Source: a plasmid. From it: 64,000 nucleotides of DNA. Every line of letters begins with the position of its first letter. The stretch's first letter is position 1. The notes beneath the pieces are model-generated. The model did no database searches. It was not told the origin of the DNA and worked only from the letters and a program-made list of their open reading frames with translations. The DNA lies in the sequence record NZ_CP145111.1. One strand, given 5' to 3'. Positions 37,780 through 46,118 of this stretch are shown here, in pieces. The translations under genes were made by a program, and so were the position numbers.

Positions 37780-37953
37780 ATGGTTCAAATTTATACATGG
37801 GCATATCAAGATTGGAAGACAATTACCAAGGAAACGTTAGCAACAGTCGTGGGATTACCCGCTGGGATTACTGCTGAAGATTACAAGGCCATCACTGGTG
37901 ATGATTATGTAGCACCAACAACTGAAGCAACGACCACAAGCACCACTAACTAG
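37780..37953 (+). CDS. XkdX-family small protein
   Basis: MVQIYTWAYQDWKTITKETL...AITGDDY is typical of XkdX. Confidence 0.55.
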   Translation: MVQIYTWAYQDWKTITKETLATVVGLPAGITAEDYKAITGDDYVAPTTEATTTSTTN

Positions 37954-38010
37954 CAGTCACTCAGCCAGTTAGTCAGTGCTTTTAATTTGTCCAAAATTAG
38001 GAGGAATATT

Positions 38011-38439
38011 ATGTTCAAAGAAATCACAGATGTGTTCAATTGGCTTAGTAATGCGGGAGTATTCGCTTTCTTACTAGTATTAATTCCCGCCGTATATAAG
38101 TTGGTAAAGCCAGTTTTAACTCACAAGGTACAGACAGAGAAGAATACTCACGTTAAGCAAGGCTTAGAATTTGGCTTAAACTTGGCGAATACGATTGTTC
38201 CAGAAATGGCAGTCATGGCTAGTTTATCCCTATCTGATCGCAAGAAGGAAGCAATCCGCTTCGTTAACGCTCAATTGACGGCCAATGGTTTCGACTTAGA
38301 TGGTCAAACTATCTCAGGACTGGTTGAGAAGGCTTACCAAACTTACAAGGTATCCGGTGGGGATAATCATGCCCCAATCTCTGTACCAGCACCAACGGAG
38401 GTCATGACCCCATCAGAAGGGACTGACAGCAATGACTAA
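38011..38439 (+). CDS. putative holin (142 aa, one TM segment)
   Basis: TM VFAFLLVLIPAVY. RBS AGGAGG. Directly upstream of the endolysin gene. Confidence 0.45.
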   Translation: MFKEITDVFNWLSNAGVFAFLLVLIPAVYKLVKPVLTHKVQTEKNTHVKQGLEFGLNLANTIVPEMAVMASLSLSDRKKEAIRFVNAQLTANGFDLDGQTISGLVEKAYQTYKVSGGDNHAPISVPAPTEVMTPSEGTDSND

Positions 38440-39247
38440 GAAAATTGTTGACCTATCCTCGTACCAATCCGACTCTTTGGCTTACATGAAGCAACTCAAG
38501 AAGTGGGGTGCTGATGGGATTATGGTCAAGTTAACCGAAGGTACTGGTTATCTCAGTCCCAAGGCTGGTACCCAGATTACCAATGGCTTCAAAGTGTTTG
38601 ATACCGTTGGGGTTTACCACTTCTTCCATGGCCGAGGAACAGCTGAAGCTCAATACTTTCTGGCTTGGGTTAAGAAGATGGGATTAGATAAGTCCACAGT
38701 ATTAGCCATTGATGTTGAAGCGCCTGATTTACCATGGAAGACGACCAGTCAGGTTAATGCCTTCCTTCGATACCTGATTATTCACGGGTACAAGAACGTG
38801 ATTACGTACGGTTCAGGTAGCTGGTTCAATGCTGGCCGAATTAATCGTTCCCAACTGGTAGATAAGGCAATCTGGGTGGCGGCTTATGGTGTTAGTCAAC
38901 CGGGAGTTAATAATGCCAACGCTTGGCAATATACTGATAACTGGCACGGCGTAGATTGCAGTTATGACTTCGACGGTAAGCTGTCTGATAAATCTAAAGT
39001 AGCGCATAAGAAAGCCTCATATTGGGCTGATAACGGCTTGTACGAGGTAATTACCAGTGAAGTTAACGTGTATGGTAAGCCAGCCCTGGACAAGGCTAAT
39101 AAGCGCCGTGTTCACTTCTCAAAGGGCAGTACCATTTACGGTAAGGCTGTCAAGTATGGCAAGGTGTACCGGATTAAGACTGATGTTGGTTACATCTCAG
39201 CTAACAAGAATTATGTGAAGCTGATTAGAAAGTCGGGTGGTAAATAA
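38432..39247 (+). CDS. endolysin, GH25 muramidase with C-terminal cell-wall-binding region
   Basis: N-terminus IVDLSSYQSDSLAYMKQLKKWGADGIMVKLTEGTGY is typical of GH25. Confidence 0.8.
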   Translation: MTKKIVDLSSYQSDSLAYMKQLKKWGADGIMVKLTEGTGYLSPKAGTQITNGFKVFDTVGVYHFFHGRGTAEAQYFLAWVKKMGLDKSTVLAIDVEAPDLPWKTTSQVNAFLRYLIIHGYKNVITYGSGSWFNAGRINRSQLVDKAIWVAAYGVSQPGVNNANAWQYTDNWHGVDCSYDFDGKLSDKSKVAHKKASYWADNGLYEVITSEVNVYGKPALDKANKRRVHFSKGSTIYGKAVKYGKVYRIKTDVGYISANKNYVKLIRKSGGK

Positions 39248-39519
39248 TGACTTTTGATCGTTGGATCGAATTAATCACCTTGGCTTTGGCTGTAGTCACG
39301 GGTATCTATGCGGCTTTGATGGTTGTCATGAAGCCTTTTACAGATCGGCTACAAGACATTGCCCAAAGTATGAAGGATAGCAGCCAGCGAATTGAACGGC
39401 TGTTTGATTCGCAAAATACACTGCGTGAAGACTTAATTACTAGCAGAAGTGAGCATAAAGTTATCAACGAACGCTTAGACAATGTCGAAGGCGATGTACG
39501 TGAATTGAAAAATAAATAG
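39247..39519 (+). CDS. XhlA-family membrane protein (holin-associated)
   Basis: 90 aa. N-terminal TM LITLALAVVTGIYAALMVV followed by a coiled coil. Confidence 0.55.
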   Translation: MTFDRWIELITLALAVVTGIYAALMVVMKPFTDRLQDIAQSMKDSSQRIERLFDSQNTLREDLITSRSEHKVINERLDNVEGDVRELKNK

Positions 39520-39551
39520 TGATAAACTAAGTTTTATCCAGGTACTATTTA

Positions 39552-39588
39552 TAAACTGAAAAGGCCACTCATCTCTTACGAGGTGGGT
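39552..39588 (+). terminator. rho-independent terminator ending the lysis operon
   Basis: GCCACTCatctcttacGAGGTGGGTGGC hairpin followed by T7. Confidence 0.6.
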
Positions 39589-39702
39589 GGCTTTTTTTAG
39601 TGAGTTGAGTGACATTTTCAATTGATTGCTATATAATTGATACGCCTTAATTAGGCACAAGCATTCCCCTAAATAATGTTTGTATAGATTGGCTTTAAAA
39701 AA

Positions 39703-39735
39703 AGTCCCCTACTTCGCATGGTAGAGGGCTTTTTT
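39703..39735. terminator. bidirectional terminator-like hairpin
   Basis: A7-AGTCCCCTAC...GTAGAGGGCT-T6. Confidence 0.4.
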
Positions 39736-39824
39736 GCGTGCATTCTGCTTAATTTAAACGGACAAGTATACGTCTAAAAGGTGAACGTGTCGTCTGAGAG
39801 CACGTAAGCATGGATAAAATAATA

Positions 39825-39862
39825 AAAAATAAATAATTTATTTTTTATTATTTATTATTAAA
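39825..39862. repeat. AT-rich palindromic repeat flanking par cassette 1 (left copy)
   Basis: AAATAAATAATTTATTTTTTATTATTTATTATTAAA, containing the palindrome AAATAAATAATTTATTT. Confidence 0.45.
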
Positions 39863-40090
39863 TTCGTCTGAATTGATTGCGAACTTTAGCATAGAGTCTA
39901 TGACATCAACTATCTTGGATTCTTGTCGATAGGCAATGTCTTTTACTTGCTTGTAAGTGGTTTCTCGGACTTGCACTGGACGAGTACTTTCTTTTTTTTG
40001 CTTAAATGGGCTTTCGTTATCGCCTAGTTGTTGGTTAGCCTGCTTTGCTAACTTGCCTAAAAAGTCATTAGCCATTTTCCATTTCTCCAA
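39848..40090 (-). CDS. small ParB/ParG-like partition partner (80 aa)
   Basis: Overlaps the 3' end of the ParA gene. Basic N-terminus. Confidence 0.45.
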   Translation of the reverse strand: MEKWKMANDFLGKLAKQANQQLGDNESPFKQKKESTRPVQVRETTYKQVKDIAYRQESKIVDVIDSMLKFAINSDEFNNK

Positions 40091-40856
40091 TCCGCTTTAA
40101 TTGTTCTTTTAGTACCATATCGTACATTCCAATTGCTCGTTTATCCCAATGGTCTTCATTCTTAATTCCTTCATTTGAAAAAAGCTTAACTCGCTCTTGT
40201 TGCCAAATTCTGTTAGCAAATACAGCATCTCCAAATGAATCTACGGCGGCTTGCGTTATTTCTTTATCAACTTTGGCGTCCTTTTTAACGAGATAAAGAA
40301 TAACACCGGCAACGTTAAATGATGCTTGATAATCGCTCTTTAATTGAAACATGTACTGAGCAGTTTTAAGAACGGATGTGTAAGCTTGTTTTTGAGTTTG
40401 TAATACTAATGATATATAGTCACTGGCTAAGATGGCGTTGTTAGTAAAAATTGAAAGTGTTGGTGGAACATCGATGATAATGTAATCAAATTGTTCCTTA
40501 AATTTTTTAATCAGCTCGCTTAGTATAAGCATGCGATCATGAGATTTAATCTTTTCAGCTTTACCGGGCCATAAGCTTAGTTCCCAATCAGCTGGAATTA
40601 TTGAAATATTATCAGTCAGAGCAACTACTGATTTGCTTAGATCAAAATTTAGAAGCCCGTTATAAAGAGATACAGTTGGTTCGATTTCTTTGTTAAAAGT
40701 AGCTTTCATAATTTCAGTTGCGTTAGCCTGCGGATCAAGGTCAATTAGCAAAACCTTGTTTTTATTAGAGCCTAATAAATATGTGTTCATGACGCTCAAT
40801 GTGGTCTTACCTACGCCACCTTTAAAGTTGAAATGTAATAACGTTTTAGCGCTCAT
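40068..40856 (-). CDS. parA: ParA-family partition ATPase
   Basis: Deviant Walker A NFKGGVGKTT. 262 aa. Confidence 0.85.
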   Translation of the reverse strand: MSAKTLLHFNFKGGVGKTTLSVMNTYLLGSNKNKVLLIDLDPQANATEIMKATFNKEIEPTVSLYNGLLNFDLSKSVVALTDNISIIPADWELSLWPGKAEKIKSHDRMLILSELIKKFKEQFDYIIIDVPPTLSIFTNNAILASDYISLVLQTQKQAYTSVLKTAQYMFQLKSDYQASFNVAGVILYLVKKDAKVDKEITQAAVDSFGDAVFANRIWQQERVKLFSNEGIKNEDHWDKRAIGMYDMVLKEQLKRIGEMENG

Positions 40857-40924
40857 AGCATATCCTCCTAATAAGATTAGAATAACACAAGCACGGAGTA
40901 ATTTAAAATAAATAATAAGTAATT

Positions 40925-40960
40925 TAAAATAAATAATTTATTATTTATAATTTATTATAA
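40925..40960. repeat. AT-rich palindromic repeat flanking par cassette 1 (right copy)
   Basis: AAAATAAATAATTTATTATTTATAATTTATTATAAA, a direct repeat of 39825-39862. Confidence 0.45.
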
Positions 40961-41039
40961 AGTTGACAAGCCACAGCTTAAGGGTTACTCTTACAGCATA
41001 GAGGTTGCTAAGCAAAGAGACTATTAAAATACATACAAA

Positions 41040-41590
41040 AAAACACCCACCAACGGGAATTGGTGAGCGCCACAAAAGTCTATTGAATTTATAGAGTATT
41101 ATATCATGGCCGGTGCGATTTTTAAAGCCCTAGGGGACAAGCTGGGGTCTAAATCCAAGGGGACACGTTTGCCAGTGCGACTTCAATAAGTCTGGCTATA
41201 CCACAACAAGGTCATCTGTACGGCTGGGTGGTGAATGGTGAGCGCGACCATTAACGGCGCGGGTGGTAAAACGAAGCTTCGGCTTGGTGCCACTGATTAG
41301 TTGGTGATCGAACAAAAATAAATACGTATCATCAACGCCTTCTAGGGCGTTTTTTAGTAGGCTAAACCGAAAACGTAGGTTTATAATGAGTGGTGGTAGC
41401 AATACCGCAATTGTACAGACAAGCGACGGGCGTTAACGACCGACGAACTAAGGGGAAACTTTTAGTAGTAGAATTGTACTCTGGTTCAGTTATTCCAAAT
41501 AGCTGATTCCAGGGAACAATTCTGCGCTCAAAACGTCACTCCCTCTAAACTGAATGGAAAACCGTAACCCGTCAAGTCAAAAACAAAAGA
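41040..41590 (+). ncRNA. conserved noncoding, probably structured element (copy A)
   Basis: Near-identical copy at 58280-58817. No credible ORF. Internal intrinsic terminator AACGCCttctaGGGCGTTTTTT (~41335-41358). Multiple hairpins. Confidence 0.35.
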
Positions 41591-42002
41591 TAATTAAATG
41601 GGGAGTGTTTATTTTTGGGGACATGGCTGTGGTATTTTGGTATAACTATTGTTTTTGTAGCATATTTTGTAATACTTGCTCGTAATAAACGGCTAACTAA
41701 GGTTAATCTAGTTTTATTTTTTATAAGCTATTTGATTATGATTTTTGCGCAAGTTATTGCTAGTCATTTTTGAGATACTTGGTTAATGATAAGTGGGAAT
41801 GGTCTAGGGAGAAACTAAGAAAATTTCACAAAGACGGTTTACCCAATTAAAGCCAAGCTGCAACCTATACCACTTCTTTTTTGGACAAGTTCACAATCAA
41901 AAAATAACGGATCGTTGTTTTATCAGGGCATGAAGGGGTTACTTGGGATAAGCCCCATTATGTAAAGTAAGAATCGGTATAGCTAATAGATGAGGTGATC
42001 AC

Positions 42003-42206
42003 ATGATTAATCGGGTTAATATTGCAGTTTTAATTCCATTCTTAATTTTAATTGGGGTTATTTGTCTAATTGTGGGATTCTGGCATGATTTTAAGGACTT
42101 AACCGTTATTCAAAAGACCGGTATTATCTTGTGTGTCATTGGCTACGTCGTTCCTGTTGTGTTAAGTCAGGTAATGAGAATTAAGAGCGTAAAATATCTT
42201 GTGTAA
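42003..42206 (+). CDS. small two-TM membrane protein (67 aa), C-terminus ends inside the IS256 terminal repeat
   Basis: MINRVNIAVLIPFLILIGVICLIVGFW... The homologous copy at ~59300-59515 has lost the ATG. Confidence 0.35.
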   Translation: MINRVNIAVLIPFLILIGVICLIVGFWHDFKDLTVIQKTGIILCVIGYVVPVVLSQVMRIKSVKYLV

Positions 42207-43513
42207 ATGCATAAAAGATTTCTGAATTGTATAGAAATAGGGAATGCCTTCCCTTATGATATTTAGTAACCACAGAAAACATCACAGGAGGCATTCCCCA
42301 TCAATGAACTTACCACAGAAATTATCGCTGCACTAGCCCAAAAGCAAGATTTGGACGAAATTTTTCGTCACCACCTCGAAATTGCGATTAACCAGCTGCT
42401 TCAAACCGAATTGGCAGAGTTTTTGGGTTACGAACGCTACTCATACGCTGGGATTAACACTGGTAATAACCGCAACGGCAGTTATGAGCGCTCGTTTGAT
42501 ACGAAGTACGGCCAACTTAACTTAACCATTCCTCGAGATCGCAATGGCCGGTTTGAAAATCATACCTTGCCAGCCTACGGTCGGCACAGTGATAATTTAG
42601 AAACAACGGTCATTCAGTTGTATACCAAGGGAATTACCACTGCTGAAATTGCCGAACTCATTGAGAAAATGTACGGTGCTCACTACTCCAAAGCCACGGT
42701 TTCCAATATGACTAAAGCCGTCAATGAACAGGTTCAAGCTTTCCAGCAACGTCGACTGGCTTCACAATATGCGGCCATCTTCTTAGATGCCACTTACTTG
42801 CCGTTAAAGCGGGATACCGTTCAAAAAGAAGCCGTTCATATTGCGATTGGCATTCGTCCAGATGGTACGAAAGAAGTGCTGAACTACCAAGTGGCGCCAA
42901 CGGAATCGACTGGAATCTGGACTGAACTGCTGGGAACCTTGATCAAGCAGGGCGTTAAAGATGTGCTGTTGTTTGTGGCCGATGGGTTAGTTGGTTTGGA
43001 TGAAGGCTTGAATCGGCATTTCCCTAAAGCCAAACGACAACGTTGCCTGGTTCATGTTGGGCGGAATCTGATGAACAAAGTTCGCGTAAAAGACCGCAAG
43101 GCCGTGATCAGTGACTTTAAACAAGTTCATCGGGCCGCCAACCGTGAAGCAGCCAAACTGAAACTGAATGAGTTCGCCAACAACTGGCATCAGACCTATC
43201 CCAAATTAATCAAAGATCTGCTTAAAATGCCGAATTTACTCACTTTCATGGACTTTCCACCAGCTATCCGGCAATCACTATACTCCACTAACCTGATTGA
43301 GAACTTTAATAAGCATCTCAAGCGCACCACCCACCACAAAGAACAATTTCCAACGGAAGATTCACTGGATCGCTTCCTGGTTTCTCAGTTTAATGTTTAT
43401 AACGAGAAGTCTCTGAAGCGGATCCACCGAGGGTTCAAAGGACTCCAGGACACCTTGGAAGCATCATTTATTTAAGTTAGATACATATTATATGTACGAA
43501 GGCATTTCATTTA
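42197..43513 (+). mobile_element. IS256-family insertion sequence, copy A
   Basis: Terminal inverted repeats ATCTTGTGTAAATG at 42197-42212 and 43499-43513. Mutator-type transposase inside. Confidence 0.7.
42304..43475 (+). CDS. IS256-family transposase (start codon ATG mutated to ATC relative to copy B)
   Basis: Identical to 59609-60784 except for a few SNPs. Only a TTG at 42351 is available as a start. Confidence 0.75.
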
Positions 43514-43586
43514 CACAAGATTCTTGACGCTACCCTATTTTTTTTGTTACAGTCAAAATAAAGCCAGCGAAAGCGAGGAGGACGTC

Positions 43587-44036
43587 ATGAAACAATACAC
43601 GAAATTTTTACTGATGATTCTTGTCTCTACAGTTATTATGTATGGGTTAATGTACCTTAATGTGTTCCAATTAGATCATATTTTTCTAAGCCAAACGCGA
43701 CTGTATATGGCGCTAATTATGGGCGCCACCATGGCCATTGTAATGCTGTTATTCATGTGGTCAATGTACCAGAATAAACGTTTGAACCGCCTGATCCTAC
43801 TTGGTAGTGCGGTGATATTTGCTGGCTCGCTTTATCTAGTTCGTAGCCAAGCGACCGTGCACGATGCAGCTTGGATGCAAGAAATGATCCCCCATCACTC
43901 GACCGCGATTCTAACCAGTGAACGCGCGCAACTCAGCGATCCGGAAGTCAAAGCCCTCGCACAGAAGATCGCTAAAACGCAACGTGAAGAGATCACGGAG
44001 ATGAAACGATTATTGAAAAAAGTTGCCGATCAATAG
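43587..44036 (+). CDS. DUF305-family membrane-anchored protein (possible metal homeostasis)
   Basis: N-terminal TM helices plus HDAAWMQEMIPHHSTAI motif. Promoter-like TTGACG-N17-TACAGT upstream. Confidence 0.55.
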   Translation: MKQYTKFLLMILVSTVIMYGLMYLNVFQLDHIFLSQTRLYMALIMGATMAIVMLLFMWSMYQNKRLNRLILLGSAVIFAGSLYLVRSQATVHDAAWMQEMIPHHSTAILTSERAQLSDPEVKALAQKIAKTQREEITEMKRLLKKVADQ

Positions 44037-44093
44037 CTGATAAAAAATAAGGAAGTTGACCAATCGGGCCAACTTCCTTATTTTTTAGGCTTA

Positions 44094-44660
44094 TTAATCA
44101 ACCGCAACGATCTGACCAGTCGCGATCGGTAACGTAACGTGTGCATCATAGTGGCCGACCATTCCGGCAACACTTTCTGGCAAGTGCACGTTAGCAGTCA
44201 CGCCGTGAATATAGATCACGCGTTTTTCAAGGTGTAATTCCGACTCACCAAATGCTTTTTTAAAGTTAGCTTGTAGCTCACTTAATGGGACTTTCTTCTC
44301 ATAAGTAAAATCACCGTGCTCATCCGCAGTTGGATAGCGGTCATGGGGAATATCCATATGTTCTGGGGCATCGTCAAAAGGTACCATCGTCGTCCCCGAA
44401 ACGGCTTCAGTCTCCATGAGATCAACAAAACCATCTGCATTCGCATCCTGTGCAGCCGTTGCGATCAACGCCTGCTTACCATCCGGAAAGCCATGAAAAT
44501 GTTCCCAATGCTGCATATTGGCCGGCGTGTTGTGCATTGTGATCTTAATCGTTAATTCATCATCTGCAATTGCGAACGTCGCTTCGCCATAAGCAGCCGT
44601 TCCAATCTTATCCGCATTCAATGGTACAATTTGTGCTGCATAGTGTGTGGTCATCAGCAA
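44094..44660 (-). CDS. His-rich hypothetical protein (188 aa), possible metal-binding
   Basis: Many His: HWEHFHGF, HMDIPHDRYPTADEHGDF, IHGVTANVHLP. Convergent with the DUF305 gene. Confidence 0.45.
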   Translation of the reverse strand: MLMTTHYAAQIVPLNADKIGTAAYGEATFAIADDELTIKITMHNTPANMQHWEHFHGFPDGKQALIATAAQDANADGFVDLMETEAVSGTTMVPFDDAPEHMDIPHDRYPTADEHGDFTYEKKVPLSELQANFKKAFGESELHLEKRVIYIHGVTANVHLPESVAGMVGHYDAHVTLPIATGQIVAVD

Positions 44661-44881
44661 AACCTCCTTGTATTACCTGAACAACGATCAATAGCTACGC
44701 CGCTAGTATAACACAGTTCAGCGCTTGCAAGTACCTGATTAGGCCAAGCAAGCAGTTATAGCATATTTTTAATTATGCTATGTGTAAAGTACCTACGGCG
44801 TAAAAATAGCGCAATTCAGCACGTCCTTAAAAGAACGAGTTTCCTTGCGCTTACATAAAAGCGGACAACTTTTATTCGATA

Positions 44882-45917
44882 TGGCAAATTACAAGTTTAA
44901 TCCGAACAAGCCCGGAATCTTTCAATGGCAGTCTGTTGATGATGTATTTTTAATGGTCGTTGATTAATTAGTTCAAGTGCTGCTAGGATCTCATCAGTCG
45001 TTACTTGGCTAAAATTGGTCTTTTTCGGGAAGAACCAGCGTAACCGTCTATTAAAATATTCATTGGAACCTCGCTCCCATGGTGAATATGGATGGCAAAA
45101 ATAAACTTTGATCTGATAATCCTGTTCTAAGGCCTGATAATTGGCAAACTCTTTACCATGATCAACAGTAATGGATTTTACTTGGGGACCGAAGGCCCCC
45201 ATAAACTTGCCAAAGGCGGTGTTTAGAGCCTTAGCCGTTCTATTAGGGGCTTTGATGGCCCATAGAAGTCGGGTCTTACGTTCTACGAATGTAACCAGAC
45301 ATGATCGTGACTCACTTCGACTAGAAAGCACCGTATCTACTTCCCAATGACCAAAAGCTAACCGTTGATTAACAGTTGTTGGCCGTTGTTCGATGGAAGT
45401 CCCACTTGTAAATTTCCCACGATTTTCGCTCACTCGGTGCTGGCGGACATTCCGATTGGGTAGATCAGTCAATTTGAAGGGGAGCCAGCCACGATTAAGC
45501 CAATTATAAATTGACGCAGTGCTCAAGTTATAAGCGGCCGCAATGGTTTCTGGTGACCAGGTTAATCGTAAGTGATTGGTAATTAAAGTCGCTAATGCTG
45601 CCGTCAGCATCGAACGACGACCGCAATTCCGCCTTTTGCGATCTGCATCTTGCTGAGCTAATTCTGGATCATAAGGTTTAACCCGGTCCAACTCATAGCT
45701 AATCGTAGCTTTGGCGACGCCTAAGGCGTCAGCCATTACTTGGTAAGATTTATTCCCCTCATTGACCAGTTGTGCTAGTGCGCCACGTTGAAAACGTGAT
45801 AAAGTAGATGTACCCAAAGTAATCACTCCCTATATTGGTTGGAATTAGCTACTACCATTGTAAGTGATTGCTTTGGGCTTTTTAATTTCTGTTCGGATTA
45901 ATTATAGAATTTGCCAA
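44882..45917 (-). mobile_element. IS30-family insertion sequence, copy A (~1036 bp)
   Basis: Inverted repeats TGGCAAATT...TAATCCGAACA at both ends. Confidence 0.75.
44897..45826 (-). CDS. IS30-family transposase
   Basis: 309 aa. N-terminal HTH. DDE region HWEVDTV...DHGKEF. Confidence 0.85.
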   Translation of the reverse strand: MITLGTSTLSRFQRGALAQLVNEGNKSYQVMADALGVAKATISYELDRVKPYDPELAQQDADRKRRNCGRRSMLTAALATLITNHLRLTWSPETIAAAYNLSTASIYNWLNRGWLPFKLTDLPNRNVRQHRVSENRGKFTSGTSIEQRPTTVNQRLAFGHWEVDTVLSSRSESRSCLVTFVERKTRLLWAIKAPNRTAKALNTAFGKFMGAFGPQVKSITVDHGKEFANYQALEQDYQIKVYFCHPYSPWERGSNEYFNRRLRWFFPKKTNFSQVTTDEILAALELINQRPLKIHHQQTAIERFRACSD

Positions 45918-46118
45918 ATAATATTATTTTATGCTGTGTTATCCGCAATTCTAAATCTGGATCATAGTGATATTTGATAGCTTTGTAGCAGTATGTAAAT
46001 AAAATTATTATTCTGATAAAAGCAAGCAACGATTGACAATTCTGATCGTTATTTTTTGAATCATGGCGTTTTTATATTACAATGATCCTAGAAAAAGTAA
46101 AGTTATGGAGGCGATTAG

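Larger units (their letters stand above)
1408..39600. mobile_element. ~38-kb temperate prophage (myovirus-type, PBSX-like tail), lacking integrase
   Basis: Contiguous lysogeny, replication, packaging, head, contractile-tail and lysis modules in canonical order. Bounded by host terminator at 1407 and terminator at ~39588. Confidence 0.8.

Noticed and set aside
1416-39650. attL/attR direct repeats (TTGATTATATAATTTTGTATACG near 1416 versus TTGATTGCTATATAATTGATACG near 39622)
   Set aside because: The match is short and interrupted (ATATAATT plus GATACG). It is AT-rich and could arise by chance. Without an integrase it cannot be supported as an att core.
41100-41360. Assignment of the duplicated element to a known RNA family (T-box, group II intron 5' GUGCG start, tmRNA, RNase P, common riboswitches)
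   Set aside because: Only fragmentary resemblances were found (GGGTGGTA, GTGCG). No specifier, antiterminator or domain V structure could be built by eye. This needs covariance-model searches.
41196-41402. 68-aa minus-strand ORF (and its twin at 58433-58639) as a protein-coding gene
   Set aside because: All 5-6 differences between the two copies are nonsynonymous. There is no RBS. The ORF lies antisense to a region with an intrinsic terminator and conserved hairpins. It is more likely a spurious ORF across a noncoding element.
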